From an uncultured Desulfurococcaceae archaeon (lineage in GTDB: Archaea; Thermoproteota; Thermoprotei_A; Sulfolobales; NBVN01): a DNA stretch of 64,000 nt. Location of the stretch: assembly GCA_964399035.1 (NCBI GenBank), contig CAYNPH010000048.1, positions 9,685 through 73,684 of the forward strand. Reading direction: 5' to 3'. Of this stretch, positions 49,348-60,171 are shown one piece after another (position 1 is the stretch's first letter; every line of letters begins with the position of its first letter). Made by a program: the position numbers and the translations under genes. The notes under the pieces were generated by a model. The model saw only the letters and a list, made by a program, of their open reading frames with translations, was not told the origin of the DNA and ran no database searches.

Positions 49348-49979
49348 TGCGAATGGTCGACATAAAGTCTCACTTCATAGGCTTGAATATTCTCCGAATA
49401 AAGATTGACGAGTACCTAGCAAAGAACTTCATGAGGGCAGGGTACTCCAGGGTGGAGCTGATTAAGACACCCCTTGGAACCAGGGTAATTATATACGCTG
49501 ACAGACCAGCCCTAATAATAGGTAGGAGAGGTCAAACCATAAGGAGATTAACGGAAATCCTAGAAAAGTACTTCAAGCTAGAGAACCCGCAGATAACAGT
49601 GACCCAGGTTGAGAACCCAGACCTTGACGCCAGGATCGTAGCAACCCGTCTCGCGTTAGCCATAGAGAGGGGTTATCACTTCAGGAGGGCGGCATTCGTT
49701 GCCCTTAGGAGGGTTCTTGGTGCGGGCGCTGTTGGTGTGGAAATCGTAATCAGCGGTAAGTTAACCTCAGAGAGGGCTAGGTACGAGAAAATACGTGCCG
49801 GCAAGGTCTACAAGACCGGGCATCACATCGAACACCTCACTGATAGGGCAGTCATACACTTACTACGGAAACCAGGTATCTATGGTATAGAGGTCTTAAT
49901 AGTGAAGCCAGGTGAACCGGACGACATAGTTAGGATTAAGGAACCAGGTGAGGAGAGCGTAGGTGGTGAAGCGGCATGA
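49347..49979 (+). CDS. rps3: ribosomal protein uS3
   Basis: KH-domain pattern (RVELIKTPLGTRVIIYADRPALIIGRRG). The TGATG overlaps the uL22 stop. Confidence 0.95.
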   Translation: MRMVDIKSHFIGLNILRIKIDEYLAKNFMRAGYSRVELIKTPLGTRVIIYADRPALIIGRRGQTIRRLTEILEKYFKLENPQITVTQVENPDLDARIVATRLALAIERGYHFRRAAFVALRRVLGAGAVGVEIVISGKLTSERARYEKIRAGKVYKTGHHIEHLTDRAVIHLLRKPGIYGIEVLIVKPGEPDDIVRIKEPGEESVGGEAA

Positions 49980-50203
49980 CTTTGAAGCCTGATGAGATAA
50001 GGAAGATGAGCCGGGAGGAAAGGATGCGTAAGTTAAGGGAGCTTAGGGCGGAGCTGATAAAGTTAAGGACCCAAGCATACCTCGGGACATTAACAAATGT
50101 TGGGAGAATAAAGCAGGTTCGTAAGGACATTGCAAGGATACTTACGATAATGCGGGAAGAGGAACTAAAATCAACTCAAGGCAAGAAGGGTAGTAAGTCT
50201 TGA
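49976..50203 (+). CDS. rpl29: ribosomal protein uL29
   Basis: LRELRAELIKLR pattern, 75 aa, conserved position. Confidence 0.9.
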   Translation: MTLKPDEIRKMSREERMRKLRELRAELIKLRTQAYLGTLTNVGRIKQVRKDIARILTIMREEELKSTQGKKGSKS

Positions 50204-50484
50204 GGAGAAGTAAGAAGAACATCGTGTACCATGAATTAATAGGGTTGGAAGTAATGGTGAAGGACCATACGAGCAAATCCTTCGTCGGTATGAAGGGGAG
50301 AATTATCGACGAAACTATGAACACGTTAGTGATCATGGACAGCAAGGGTAACAGAAAAGTCGTGCCTAAACTGGGCGGGGTATTCCTTTTTAAACTCGGT
50401 GATCATCACACTGTAGAGGTCAAGGGTGACCGGATAATGGGTAGGCCTGAAGACAGGTTGAAAAGGTACGGGGGTGTGATGTGA
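50200..50484 (+). CDS. rnp1: RNase P protein component 1 (Rpp29/Pop4)
   Basis: HELIGLEVMV...GMKGRIIDETMNTLVI pattern. It occupies the canonical archaeal slot between uL29 and uS17. Confidence 0.8.
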   Translation: MRRSKKNIVYHELIGLEVMVKDHTSKSFVGMKGRIIDETMNTLVIMDSKGNRKVVPKLGGVFLFKLGDHHTVEVKGDRIMGRPEDRLKRYGGVM

Positions 50485-50485
50485 T

Positions 50486-50839
50486 ATGTCAAGCAGAGTT
50501 AGGAACATAGGAATAAAGTATGAAGGGTTAAATCCGCCGGAGAAGGAATGTGACGATCCTCTATGCCCATGGCACGGGCACCTAAAGGTGCGTGGCGGGT
50601 TACTTGTTGGTAAGGTACTTAAGGCTAGGATGAGGCGAACTGTCGTTATTGAGAGGGAGTACCTCGTTTACATAAAGAAGTACATGAGGTATGAACGAAG
50701 GAGGTCACGTATTCACGCTCACCTCCCACCATGTATTGACGCTAAACCTGGAGACGTTGTGTTAATCGGGGAGACACGCCCACTAGCAAAGTCGGTGTCT
50801 TGGGTAGTGCTAGGTGTGCTTAAGAGAGGGGTGAGCTAA
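50486..50839 (+). CDS. rps17: ribosomal protein uS17
   Basis: DPLCPWHG...G.V...M..TVVIEREY pattern and position. Confidence 0.92.
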   Translation: MSSRVRNIGIKYEGLNPPEKECDDPLCPWHGHLKVRGGLLVGKVLKARMRRTVVIEREYLVYIKKYMRYERRRSRIHAHLPPCIDAKPGDVVLIGETRPLAKSVSWVVLGVLKRGVS

Positions 50840-50840
50840 G

Positions 50841-51260
50841 ATGCCAGAGAAGAAGGGTGGTGCTGCATATAGTAGGGTTCGCAGGGTTCCTGGGATAGTT
50901 GTCGGTACAAGACTCAAAGTGACTGACAATAGCGGTGCCAAGGAAGCCATGGTAATAGGTGTTCCAGGTCTCAAGACCAGGTTAAGGAGATTACCCTTTG
51001 CCACAGTGGGTGACATGGTTGTAGTAACGATAAAGAAGGGGAATGCCGATCTAGTTGGTCAGGTAATGAACGCCATAATAGTAAGGCAGAAGAAACCCTT
51101 CAGAAGGCCTAATGGTGTGTGGGTTGCTTTCGAGGATAATGCATGCGTCATAGTATCGCCAGAGGGGGCACCCAAAGGCACCGAGATAAGGGGACCGATA
51201 GCTAAGGAAGCCGCTGAACGTTGGGCTAGGCTATCAACGATAGCGTCAATGGTTGTTTGA
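50841..51260 (+). CDS. rpl14: ribosomal protein uL14
   Basis: [12 protein letters not shown] and [14 protein letters not shown] motifs. Confidence 0.96.
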   Translation: MPEKKGGAAYSRVRRVPGIVVGTRLKVTDNSGAKEAMVIGVPGLKTRLRRLPFATVGDMVVVTIKKGNADLVGQVMNAIIVRQKKPFRRPNGVWVAFEDNACVIVSPEGAPKGTEIRGPIAKEAAERWARLSTIASMVV

Positions 51261-51273
51261 GGTGGGGATAGCG

Positions 51274-51747
51274 ATGGCACCAAAATCTAAGAAACCTGGG
51301 AAACAGCGTCTTGCCCAAATCAATGCTCCTCACCACATTAGAAGGAAATTCATGACCGCGAAGTTAGTGCGTGAGCTTAGGGAGAAACTAGGTATTAAGA
51401 GGCTGCCTGTTCGTAAAGGCGATGTCGTACGCGTGGTAAGGGGAGAGTGGACAGGGCATGAAGGCAAGGTAGTGGCGGTTGACTACAAGAAAATAGCTTT
51501 GCACATTGATGGAGTAACGATAAAGAAGGCTGACGGCACGCCCGTTTATTACCCAATACACCCCTCGAACGTAATGATAGTTAAGCTCGACCTTAGCGAT
51601 AAGTTCAGGAAAAAGATCATCGAGAGGCGTAAAGGAAGGCCTGAAGCAGTGGTTGAGGAAGAGGTGACTGAGGAGAAACCTGAAGAGGAGGCTAGGGAAG
51701 GCCTCGAGGTTAAAAAGGAGGAAAGCACACCTCAAGGAGGTGAGTGA
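51274..51747 (+). CDS. rpl24: ribosomal protein uL24
   Basis: KOW motif [23 protein letters not shown] 51274 is preceded by GAGGTGGGG. Confidence 0.9.
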   Translation: MAPKSKKPGKQRLAQINAPHHIRRKFMTAKLVRELREKLGIKRLPVRKGDVVRVVRGEWTGHEGKVVAVDYKKIALHIDGVTIKKADGTPVYYPIHPSNVMIVKLDLSDKFRKKIIERRKGRPEAVVEEEVTEEKPEEEAREGLEVKKEESTPQGGE

Positions 51748-51758
51748 GAGTGGCGCGG

Positions 51759-52508
51759 ATGGGCTCAAGGAGGCACCTGAAGAGGCTCGCTGCACCTGAG
51801 TTTTGGCCTATTCTTAGGAAGGAGCGCACCTGGACTGTTAAGCCGTCAGCGGGTCCCCACCCAATAAGCCGCTCATTACCGTTGCTTATTATTGTGCGTG
51901 ATATCCTAGGCTTGGCCGACACGGCTAGAGAGGCGAGGAGAATCATTGCTGAAGGACACATCAAGGTCGACGGCAGGGTGAGGAGGAACTACAAGTATCC
52001 TGTAGGCATAATGGATGTTGTGGAAATTGTCGACACCCAAGAGTACTTCAGGATGATTCCAGTTCCTGTGAAGGTAATGACTTTAATACCAATACCCAAG
52101 GAGGAAGCCTCATTTAAGATCTGCAGGATAGAGAACAAGACCACGGTTAAGGGAGGTCACATTCAACTCAACCTACACGACGGTAGAAACGTGTTAATCA
52201 GGGTCAGCGACCCCACGAATCCTGAGGAGGACACGTACAGAACCATGAGTTCTGTCAAAATAGGCTTACCGGGCAGTGAGCTGCTTGAGTATTACCCGTT
52301 AGAGGAGGGAGTAACAGTAATAGTGATTGGCGGTAGGAACGTTGGCAGGGTAGCTAAGTTCCTAAGCGTTTCCGAAGGAATGAGGCACTACAGAAAGCAG
52401 GTTGCTCTAGAGGACTTCAGGGGTAACAAATTCTACACGACCCTTGACAAGATCATGGTTATAGGGCGTGAAAAGCCTGAAATAACGCTGCCGGAGGGAG
52501 CGGTATGA
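51759..52508 (+). CDS. rps4e: ribosomal protein eS4
   Basis: MGSRRHLKRLAAPEFWPI N-terminus is typical of S4e. Confidence 0.93.
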   Translation: MGSRRHLKRLAAPEFWPILRKERTWTVKPSAGPHPISRSLPLLIIVRDILGLADTAREARRIIAEGHIKVDGRVRRNYKYPVGIMDVVEIVDTQEYFRMIPVPVKVMTLIPIPKEEASFKICRIENKTTVKGGHIQLNLHDGRNVLIRVSDPTNPEEDTYRTMSSVKIGLPGSELLEYYPLEEGVTVIVIGGRNVGRVAKFLSVSEGMRHYRKQVALEDFRGNKFYTTLDKIMVIGREKPEITLPEGAV

Positions 52509-53077
52509 GCCCGAAGAGAACAGTAACGTTCACAGAGGATGAGATCGAAGCAGTGGTTGAGAAGTGGAGTAAGAACCCGATGCTTAAGCCTAGGATAGCT
52601 AAGGTAGTCGTCAACATCGGTGTGGGTGAGTCCGGAGAGCGCCTCCAGAAGGCTAAGCAAGTGTTAAAGGAGTTGACTGGGCAGGAACCATCCATAAGGA
52701 GAGCTAAAAGAACCATCAAGGAATTCGGCATCCGTAAGAGGGAGCCGATAGCCGTAGTTGTTACCCTGCGTGGCGAGAAGGCATTATCATTCCTTAACAG
52801 GGCTTTAGAGGCTATAGGACGCAGGGTTAAGGCGTCAAGCTTCGACGACTTCGGGAACTTCTCATTCGGGATAAGCGAGCACATAATACTTCCTGGCGTA
52901 AAGTACGATCCCAACGTAGGTGTCTTCGGGATGGACATATCGGTGAAGCTCGAGCGCCCAGGGTATAGGGTGATGAGGCGGAGAGTTAAGAGGTCTAAGA
53001 TACCGCGTAGGCACCGGGTTTCCAAGATAGAAGCGATAGCTTTCTTCATAAAGGAACTGGGAGTTAGGGTGATGTAG
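52505..53077 (+). CDS. rpl5: ribosomal protein uL5
   Basis: [21 protein letters not shown] pattern and position. Confidence 0.95.
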   Translation: MSPKRTVTFTEDEIEAVVEKWSKNPMLKPRIAKVVVNIGVGESGERLQKAKQVLKELTGQEPSIRRAKRTIKEFGIRKREPIAVVVTLRGEKALSFLNRALEAIGRRVKASSFDDFGNFSFGISEHIILPGVKYDPNVGVFGMDISVKLERPGYRVMRRRVKRSKIPRRHRVSKIEAIAFFIKELGVRVM

Positions 53078-53078
53078 C

Positions 53079-53243
53079 ATGGGTAAGTTCAGGAAGCCTA
53101 TAAAGAGGAAGTATGGGAGAGGCGTACAGGTCTGCAGGAGATGCGGTAGTAGGGATGCGGTCATACAAAAGTACGGGCTATACCTATGCAGGCAGTGCTT
53201 CAGGGAACTCGCAGGTGAGTTAGGCTTCAAGAAGTATAGCTAG
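53079..53243 (+). CDS. rps14: ribosomal protein uS14 (zinc-binding type, 54 aa)
   Basis: Absent from the ORF track because it is under 60 aa. Translation is [54 protein letters not shown]. It occupies the canonical slot between uL5 and uS8. Confidence 0.9.
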   Translation: MGKFRKPIKRKYGRGVQVCRRCGSRDAVIQKYGLYLCRQCFRELAGELGFKKYS

Positions 53244-53254
53244 GGGTGTAAGCC

Positions 53255-53656
53255 ATGGTGACGATGGATCCATTAGCAAACGCGCTTTCCACGATAATGA
53301 ATAATGAAATGCGCGGACACAAGGAGGCTGTGATAACACCAGCATCAAAGCTCATAGCCATGGTACTTAGAGTTATGCAGAAATACGGGTACATAGGTGA
53401 GTTCGAGCACATCGATGACGGCAGATGGGGTAAAATAAAGGTACAATTACTTGGCAGGATAAATAAGACTGGCGTTATAAAGCCCAGAGTGCCCGTGAAG
53501 TATAAGGAATTACGAGAGATGCCGCACTGGCTAAGGAAGTACCTACCCTCTAGGGACATAGGAATATTAATTCTGTCAACACCTGAGGGAGTGATATCAC
53601 ACAGGGAAGCCCTCGAAAGGCGAATCGGGGGTGTGCTCCTAGCGTACGTATACTGA
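53255..53656 (+). CDS. rps8: ribosomal protein uS8
   Basis: [16 protein letters not shown]-terminus and position. Confidence 0.95.
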   Translation: MVTMDPLANALSTIMNNEMRGHKEAVITPASKLIAMVLRVMQKYGYIGEFEHIDDGRWGKIKVQLLGRINKTGVIKPRVPVKYKELREMPHWLRKYLPSRDIGILILSTPEGVISHREALERRIGGVLLAYVY

Positions 53657-53679
53657 AGTCATTCCAGAGGTGATAGCTG

Positions 53680-54228
53680 ATGGTGAAGGAGGTAAGGGTG
53701 CGGGACGAGATTGAGGTTCCCGAGGGCGTCGAGGTAAGTATTGAGGGGAAGACCGTACGGGTGAAAGGACCTAAGGGAGAGATTGTCAGGGACTTCAGCC
53801 ATGCGAGGAAAGTACGTATCTACTTAGAGGATAATAAAGTGGTTGTGGAGACCTTCTTTGCGCGGAGGAAAGAAAAAGCCGTAGTTTACTCCATAGGTGC
53901 GCACATAAGGAACATGATAACGGGCGTAACCAAGGGATATAGGTATTGGTTAAAGATCATTTACTCACACTTCCCGATATCGGTGAAGGTGCAGGGAGAT
54001 AAGGTTTTAATAGAGAATTTCCTTGGTGAACGTGCTCCTAGGGTAGCCAAGATAGTCGGTAACGTTAAGGTGAAAGTGCAGAAGAACGACGTAATAGTTG
54101 AGGGCGTTAACATAGAGGAGGTCGGCCAGACAGCAGCAAACATAGAACAAGCAACAAAGATTCGGGGCTTCGACAGGAGGGTATTCGTTGATGGAATCTA
54201 CATATACAAGAAGGAATTGATGGAGTAA
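53680..54228 (+). CDS. rpl6: ribosomal protein uL6
   Basis: Tandem-repeat fold pattern (VRVKGPKGE...) and position. Confidence 0.95.
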   Translation: MVKEVRVRDEIEVPEGVEVSIEGKTVRVKGPKGEIVRDFSHARKVRIYLEDNKVVVETFFARRKEKAVVYSIGAHIRNMITGVTKGYRYWLKIIYSHFPISVKVQGDKVLIENFLGERAPRVAKIVGNVKVKVQKNDVIVEGVNIEEVGQTAANIEQATKIRGFDRRVFVDGIYIYKKELME

Positions 54229-54238
54229 GGGGTGAGTA

Positions 54239-54625
54239 ATGATGGCCGCACTAGATAGGGAGAGGATAAAGCGCATGATCCAGAAAAAGAAGAAAATAGT
54301 GTTCCTGCGCAATAAGTGGTGGAAGTTCGAGAAGTTCAAGAACGATCCCAAGTGGCGCAGGCCTAAGGGCAAGGACAACCCAATGAGGTTAAAGTTGAAG
54401 GGCCACCCACCAGTGGTTGGTGTGGGGTATAGGACTCCGCGAGTAATACGTGGGCTTCATCCCCAGGGACTAAAGCCTGTGGTGGTGCACTCGGTAAGGG
54501 AGCTTGAGGGCTTAGACCCGTCAAGTGTTATTGTGTACATAGGCGCCACTGTCGGCGCACGGAAGAGGGTAGAGTTAATTAATAAGGCTAAGGAAAGAGG
54601 TTTCCTCATAGCTAATGCAGGGTGA
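54239..54625 (+). CDS. rpl32e: ribosomal protein eL32
   Basis: WRRPKGKDNPMR and GYRTPRVIRGLHP motifs. Confidence 0.9.
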   Translation: MMAALDRERIKRMIQKKKKIVFLRNKWWKFEKFKNDPKWRRPKGKDNPMRLKLKGHPPVVGVGYRTPRVIRGLHPQGLKPVVVHSVRELEGLDPSSVIVYIGATVGARKRVELINKAKERGFLIANAG

Positions 54626-54632
54626 TGGGAAG

Positions 54633-55085
54633 ATGACGGACCTAAGCATGCAGAAGAGGCTTGCGGCTGAAGTGCTTGGAGTAGGTGTGTCAAGAATAAG
54701 GATCGATCCCGAGAGGATAGAGGATGTTGAATCAGCGCTACGTAGGGAGGACATACGACGCCTAATAAAGGATGGAGCTATCTATGCGCTTCCAGCACGC
54801 CGTAATTCACGCGGTAGGTGGAAGGAAAGGCACCGCAAAAGGAAGAAGGGACATAGGAGGGGGCCAGGCAAGAGAAAGGGAGCGCGCGGTGCTAGAGTGG
54901 ACGAGAAGCGCCTGTGGATGTACACGATCAGGAAGATTAGAAGGTACCTCAAGTGGCTTCGCGATAACGGTGTTATCGATAGGAAGACGTACAGGAAGCT
55001 ATACCTGCTGGCGAAAGGCGGGACCTTCAGGAGCTTATCAGACTTAAAACGCCACTTAACGGATATGGGTATTCAGGTGAGGTAA
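54633..55085 (+). CDS. rpl19e: ribosomal protein eL19
   Basis: LSMQKRLAAEVLGVGVSRIRIDP N-terminus. The ORF opens at 54615. Confidence 0.92.
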   Translation: MTDLSMQKRLAAEVLGVGVSRIRIDPERIEDVESALRREDIRRLIKDGAIYALPARRNSRGRWKERHRKRKKGHRRGPGKRKGARGARVDEKRLWMYTIRKIRRYLKWLRDNGVIDRKTYRKLYLLAKGGTFRSLSDLKRHLTDMGIQVR

Positions 55086-55086
55086 C

Positions 55087-55689
55087 GTGGCGAGAGGACC
55101 TAGGTATAAGGTGCCGAGACGCAGGCGGAGGGAGGGCAAAACCAACTACTACAAGAGGTACAGAATGATTAAGTCAGGACAGAAGATAAGGGCAGTTATC
55201 CGTAAGACTAACACCCAGATAATAGTGCAGATAATAGAGTTCGCACCTAACGGTGACAAAACCCTGGTCGGGGTCACCAGCAAAAAGCTTAGGCGGTTCG
55301 GCTGGAAAGGTAGCTTGAAGAGTACGCCAGCCGCGTACTTAACGGGCTTAATTGCAGGATTAAAGGCCAAGAAAGCAGGCATAGAGTACGCGATACCCGA
55401 CATAGGTCTTCACCCTTCAGTCCGTGGCTCACGGATATATGCCGCAATCAAGGGTCTAAGGGACGCTGGTGTTGAGGTGCCTGCTTCCGAGGAAGTGCTC
55501 CCAAGCGAAGAAAGGATACAAGGTAAGCACATAGCGGAATATGCGAGAAAACTGGCTGAGGAGAACCCGGAAGAGTTCCAGAGAAGGTTCTCTCAACTAC
55601 TCTCTAGGGGCTTAGACCCACGCGAATTGCCTGACCACTTCCTCAAAATACGTGATATCATAATAGGTTACTTCCAGGCAGGTGATTAA
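55087..55689 (+). CDS. rpl18: ribosomal protein uL18
   Basis: [20 protein letters not shown]-terminal pattern. GTG start. Confidence 0.93.
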   Translation: MARGPRYKVPRRRRREGKTNYYKRYRMIKSGQKIRAVIRKTNTQIIVQIIEFAPNGDKTLVGVTSKKLRRFGWKGSLKSTPAAYLTGLIAGLKAKKAGIEYAIPDIGLHPSVRGSRIYAAIKGLRDAGVEVPASEEVLPSEERIQGKHIAEYARKLAEENPEEFQRRFSQLLSRGLDPRELPDHFLKIRDIIIGYFQAGD

Positions 55690-55691
55690 GA

Positions 55692-56327
55692 ATGTCGCGC
55701 GCGATTACCTCGCTTGAGGAATGGGTTCCCAGAACTCGTTTAGGCTGGATGGTTAAGGAGGGCAAGATTAGTAGCATCAAGGAAATCTTCGATATGAACC
55801 TAGTCATACAGGAGCCAGAGATAGTTGATTACCTACTCCCCGACTTACAACATGAGGTCGTAGACGTTAATATCGTCCAGAAACAGACCGACGCAGGCGA
55901 GATGACGCGCTTCCGCGTACTTGTGGTAGTAGGTAACTTCGACGGATACGTAGGTATAGGGCTCGGTAAGGCGAGGCAGGTAAGGCAGGCAATAAGCAAG
56001 GCAATAAGGAATGCGAAACTAAACATAATACCTGTGAGGCGAGGGTGTGGTAGCTGGGCATGCTCGTGCACGGAACCACACAGCGTGCCCTTCACAGTGA
56101 TGGGTAAGTGTGGAAGCGTTAGGATTAAGTTAATACCGGCACCCAAAGGCACAGGTTTAGTCGCAGGGGACGCAGCTAAGGTCGTGCTAAGGTACGCAGG
56201 AATAAAGGACGTTTGGACATGGAGCCGAGGTGAAACAAGAACAACCATAAACTTCGTCGGCGCTGTTTACGACGCCCTCAAGAACACCTATAAGTTTGTC
56301 ACAGTATACGACTGGACTAGGAGGTGA
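55692..56327 (+). CDS. rps5: ribosomal protein uS5
   Basis: [17 protein letters not shown] and [12 protein letters not shown] motifs. Confidence 0.95.
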   Translation: MSRAITSLEEWVPRTRLGWMVKEGKISSIKEIFDMNLVIQEPEIVDYLLPDLQHEVVDVNIVQKQTDAGEMTRFRVLVVVGNFDGYVGIGLGKARQVRQAISKAIRNAKLNIIPVRRGCGSWACSCTEPHSVPFTVMGKCGSVRIKLIPAPKGTGLVAGDAAKVVLRYAGIKDVWTWSRGETRTTINFVGAVYDALKNTYKFVTVYDWTRR

Positions 56328-56806
56328 GTAACATAGTGACATTATACGCCATCATCAGGATACGGGGAACGGCGGACGTGCCACCAGACGTTAAAGCAAC
56401 GTTAAGAATGCTCAGACTAACAAGGAAATTCACAGCAGTAATCTACCCGAAGGATCCCACGATAGACGGCATGCTAAAGGTTGTTAAGGACTGGGTCACG
56501 TGGGGAGAGATAGACAGAGAAACACTCAAGGAACTAATACTAAAGCGAGGAAGACTCATAGGAAATAAACCAATAACGGAGGAGTCCATAAAGGAAGTCA
56601 CTGGAATGAGTGTAGACGAACTTGTCGATGCCTTACTTGCCGGAAAGGTAAAGTGGCATAAGTTAGACAGCAAAGTGAAACCAGTGTTCAGGCTACACCC
56701 ACCGCGAGGAGGCTTTAAGAGAAGCATAAAGAAACCTGTGAAAGCTGGCGGTGAGCTAGGGTACCGTGGTACAGATATAAACAGCTTAATTCGCAGAATG
56801 ATTTAG
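56324..56806 (+). CDS. rpl30: ribosomal protein uL30
   Basis: YAIIRIRG...TLRMLRL pattern and position. Confidence 0.92.
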   Translation: MSNIVTLYAIIRIRGTADVPPDVKATLRMLRLTRKFTAVIYPKDPTIDGMLKVVKDWVTWGEIDRETLKELILKRGRLIGNKPITEESIKEVTGMSVDELVDALLAGKVKWHKLDSKVKPVFRLHPPRGGFKRSIKKPVKAGGELGYRGTDINSLIRRMI

Positions 56807-56823
56807 AGAAGTGGTGAGAGGCA

Positions 56824-57276
56824 ATGGTAGTTAGGAGAAGGAAAAAGAGTCGCAAGCAACGTGGGTCCCGAACCCACGGATGGGGCTCGATCGGCCAACA
56901 TAGGAAATCCGGTAGCAGAGGCGGTGTAGGTGCTGTCGGCTACTGTAAGCATAAATGGACATGGGTAGTGAAGTACTTCCCTGACTGGTACGGGAAGCAT
57001 GGCTTCACGAGACCCCCTGTGATAAGGACAGAGGTAAAAGCCATTAACGTAGGGCGACTCAACGAGCTAATCAATGAGATGATGTTACGTGGTGAAATAG
57101 AGCCTGTTGACGGTGTCTACGAAGTCGATCTCTCAGCTCTAGGAATAAACAAACTACTTGGCGGAGGCAGAGTAGATAAGAGGATAAGGGTTAAGGTGGC
57201 GTACGCTAGCGAAACAGCAATAAACAAGATAAAAGAGGCGGGCGGAGAAGTAATTTTACTCGGTGGTGAGGAGTAA
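56824..57276 (+). CDS. rpl15: ribosomal protein uL15
   Basis: RKQRGSRTHGWG N-terminal pattern and position upstream of secY. Confidence 0.92.
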   Translation: MVVRRRKKSRKQRGSRTHGWGSIGQHRKSGSRGGVGAVGYCKHKWTWVVKYFPDWYGKHGFTRPPVIRTEVKAINVGRLNELINEMMLRGEIEPVDGVYEVDLSALGINKLLGGGRVDKRIRVKVAYASETAINKIKEAGGEVILLGGEE

Positions 57277-57341
57277 CCTAGCACCAGTCCCCAGAAAATA
57301 AGCTTTTAATTACCTCCTCTTAACCGATACGGGATTGGACG

Positions 57342-58736
57342 ATGGGTTGGCTTGAAGCGTTCGCAAAGCTGGGTGATTACTTCCCTTCGCCGCCGAAACC
57401 GGCGAGGAAACCTGACCTTAAAAAACGATTAATATACACGGCCCTCGCGCTAGTCGTTTATTATATGCTTGCCTCGACTCTAGCTTTTCCGCTAGTTAAG
57501 TTCCCAAACGTTCCAGGCCTGAACCTGCCGCAGATAGTTAACATAATATTCGCGTCAACTAGGGGATCCATAGCACAGCTAGGTATAGGTCCCCTAGTTA
57601 CGTCAGGCCTAATAATTCAGATACTCGCCGGTGCTAAAATCATTGACTTAGACCTAACAGACCCCAGCGACAGGAAGCTATTCACTCAAGCCGAGAAGGG
57701 TATGGCAGTAATCATAGCGGCAGTCGAGGGATTCGGCTTCGCCATGTACTATAGGCTCAACATATTCATCACCCTAGCCCTCTTCCTGCAGTTCATGGTC
57801 GGAGCATTCATACTGATAATACTTGACGAAGCCATACAGAAAGGATACGGCATAGGCTCCGGTGTGAGCCTGTTCATCCTAGGCGGGGTTGCTAGGCGGA
57901 TAATCGTCGATATGTTCAGCCCGCTTAAGGTGCAAGGAACTAATGAGTACTTCGGGTTCTTCCCATACATAATTCAAGCAATTCAGAACGGAACACTGGA
58001 CATAGAAAGGATCCTCTACGGAAAGTATTTACCTGGTGCCGGAACACTACCATCATTGACAGGGTTAATAGCATTCATAATGCTTGTCTCGATCCTTGTT
58101 TACCTGCAGCAGATGAAGGTGAACATACCTGTTACGATGCAGAGGTTACCAGGAATAAAAAGCAGGGTTCCCCTGCAGTTCCTCTACGTAACTAACATTC
58201 CTATCCTACTAGTCGGCATAGTATTCTCGGACTTAATACTATTCAACAACCTTGCCTCAGCTTACCTCATGGATAAGGCGCCGTGGTTAGCAAATGCGTT
58301 GAGGACCATGGTTTACTACATGGCGCCACCGCGAACCATGCTAGAATTAATTTATGCTCCAGTAAGAATAGCTGTCTACTCAGCTCTGCTAATAGGGCTA
58401 TCATTGCTCTTCGGCCTAATGTGGATTGAGGTAGCGGGCCTAGGTCCGGAGGCTCAGGCAGAGAACCTAGTTAAATCGGGCCTGCAGATGCCTGGGCACA
58501 GGAAGAGTCCTAAGCTGCTGCAGAACGTATTGGCTAAGTACATCTACCCACTGACAATCCTGAGCTCACTGATAGTCGCTGTGATAGCGCTCGTGGGTTA
58601 CATATTCAACGTCTACGGCTCGGGAATGGGGATACTACTAGCTGTCGGTATAGTGTACCAGCTATACACGCAGATAGCGTACGAGAGGGCGCTAGAAACA
58701 TATCCGCTGCTGAAGAGACTAATAGGTGAGGGATAA
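57342..58736 (+). CDS. secY: preprotein translocase subunit SecY
   Basis: 10-TM protein. GIGPLVTSGLIIQILAG motif and canonical position. TATA-like CTTTTAAT lies about 30 nt upstream. Confidence 0.95.
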   Translation: MGWLEAFAKLGDYFPSPPKPARKPDLKKRLIYTALALVVYYMLASTLAFPLVKFPNVPGLNLPQIVNIIFASTRGSIAQLGIGPLVTSGLIIQILAGAKIIDLDLTDPSDRKLFTQAEKGMAVIIAAVEGFGFAMYYRLNIFITLALFLQFMVGAFILIILDEAIQKGYGIGSGVSLFILGGVARRIIVDMFSPLKVQGTNEYFGFFPYIIQAIQNGTLDIERILYGKYLPGAGTLPSLTGLIAFIMLVSILVYLQQMKVNIPVTMQRLPGIKSRVPLQFLYVTNIPILLVGIVFSDLILFNNLASAYLMDKAPWLANALRTMVYYMAPPRTMLELIYAPVRIAVYSALLIGLSLLFGLMWIEVAGLGPEAQAENLVKSGLQMPGHRKSPKLLQNVLAKYIYPLTILSSLIVAVIALVGYIFNVYGSGMGILLAVGIVYQLYTQIAYERALETYPLLKRLIGEG

Positions 58737-58740
58737 AACG

Positions 58741-59364
58741 ATGAGCGAAGGGAAAGAAGCAAAAATAATCGTAATAGCCGGCCTGCCCGGGGTCGGTAAA
58801 TCTACGGTACTAGGTATAGCGCGCAAGAAGCTAGAAAACGAAGGAATTGAAGTTGAAGTAGTAAACTTCGGTGACTACATGCTTAAGTACCTTCTGGACA
58901 AGGGCCTAGTTAAGGACAGGGATGAAATAAGGAAGCTACCCTTACGCATCCAGCAGGAGGCGCAGGCAGCAGCAGGAAGAATGATTAGGGAGCATTTCAA
59001 CGAAAGGGCGCGTGAGTGCGAGAAAGAATTCGTGGGCTTTGTTGACACGCACGTTTTGATAAAGACGCCCACGGGTCTCTGGCCTGGACTACCGCTTCAC
59101 GTGATAAGTGAGTTAAAGCCAGCAAGCATATTGCTCGTTGAGGCGCCGCCCGAGCAGATCGTGGCTAGACAGTTAAGGGATAAGACAAGGTTCAGGAAAG
59201 ACTATGCTGACGTGAACCTGGTTAAGGAGTTAATGGACTTAATGAGGGTGTATGCGATATCAGCAGCGACCTTAGTGGGCGCGTCAGTGAACTTCATAAT
59301 TAACGAGGAAGGAAAACCTGATGTGGCTGCGGATCACGTAGTTAGTATTGTGAGGAACTTATGA
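58741..59364 (+). CDS. adkA: archaeal-type adenylate kinase
   Basis: P-loop GLPGVGKST and position after secY. The ORF opens at 58726. Confidence 0.9.
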   Translation: MSEGKEAKIIVIAGLPGVGKSTVLGIARKKLENEGIEVEVVNFGDYMLKYLLDKGLVKDRDEIRKLPLRIQQEAQAAAGRMIREHFNERARECEKEFVGFVDTHVLIKTPTGLWPGLPLHVISELKPASILLVEAPPEQIVARQLRDKTRFRKDYADVNLVKELMDLMRVYAISAATLVGASVNFIINEEGKPDVAADHVVSIVRNL

Positions 59365-59365
59365 G

Positions 59366-59827
59366 ATGTTAGTACTGCTCTATGTCGTCGCGGCAGTAGT
59401 GGCTTTTTTACCCTGGACATTCCTAGTAAGGACTTACGCCCGTAAAGTAAACATTGATGGTGTAGTCAAGGAACTTAAGGAGGTTGCTGATAGGCTATCT
59501 AAAACGCCACCGCGCAAGGAGAAAAAGTTCAGGTTGCTTCAAGCGAGGTACAAGGCACTGCGTGGACGCGTGAGCAGGTTCTTCCTCTTCAATTTGATGG
59601 GGTTGTGGGCAGGAATATTCACGTCCCTAATCGCTGCTAGGGCTGTGCTTTACTATGCGTCGGTAGAGTACGGTTTTCCTTTCCCGCCATCTCCGCTGAA
59701 CCTTCCAGGAATATCGATAAATGGTCAACTAAATGATCTGATACTGTACTTAGCAGTGATACTGGGGTACCAGTACATACATAATGAGTTGACCGGCGTG
59801 AGTAAGCTAAGTAAGCTTAAGCAATAA
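59366..59827 (+). CDS. DUF106 / EMC3-Oxa1-like membrane protein
   Basis: TM1, then a basic coiled segment, then two TM segments. It occupies the conserved archaeal slot after adk. Confidence 0.6.
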   Translation: MLVLLYVVAAVVAFLPWTFLVRTYARKVNIDGVVKELKEVADRLSKTPPRKEKKFRLLQARYKALRGRVSRFFLFNLMGLWAGIFTSLIAARAVLYYASVEYGFPFPPSPLNLPGISINGQLNDLILYLAVILGYQYIHNELTGVSKLSKLKQ

Positions 59828-59883
59828 CGCGTATATAGCGATAAAGGTTTTTAGCTCGCTCATATCACCCCTCAATGGGGTCG

Positions 59884-60153
59884 ATGATGGTTCGGCCGGG
59901 GCTAAGGTCTCATGCCAAGAAGAGGGTGGCAAGGAAGCTGCCTGGTGGTGGGACCAAGGTGTTTTACATCGGGAGGAAGCATTACAAGGCACGGTGCGCA
60001 ATATGTGGCAGGCTACTGAGTGGAATACCAGTCGATCCCGACATCATTAGGAGGGGGGCGAAGACCCTGAAGAGGCCGGAAAGGCCTTACGGCGGTGTAA
60101 TATGCCCGGACTGCCTAGCCCGTGCCTACAGGATAGCTGTAAGGAGTAGTTAG
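59884..60153 (+). CDS. rpl34e: ribosomal protein eL34
   Basis: RSHAKKRVARKLPGGG...ARCAICGRLLSG..   pattern. The ORF opens at 59875. Confidence 0.9.
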   Translation: MMVRPGLRSHAKKRVARKLPGGGTKVFYIGRKHYKARCAICGRLLSGIPVDPDIIRRGAKTLKRPERPYGGVICPDCLARAYRIAVRSS

Positions 60154-60171
60154 ATGACGAGGCGGTAATTT

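Noticed and set aside
54772-55047. The alternative-frame 91-aa ORF within eL19.
   Set aside because: It is embedded in the same strand of a confident r-protein gene, and its Arg/Gly-rich product is typical of frame-shifted basic genes.
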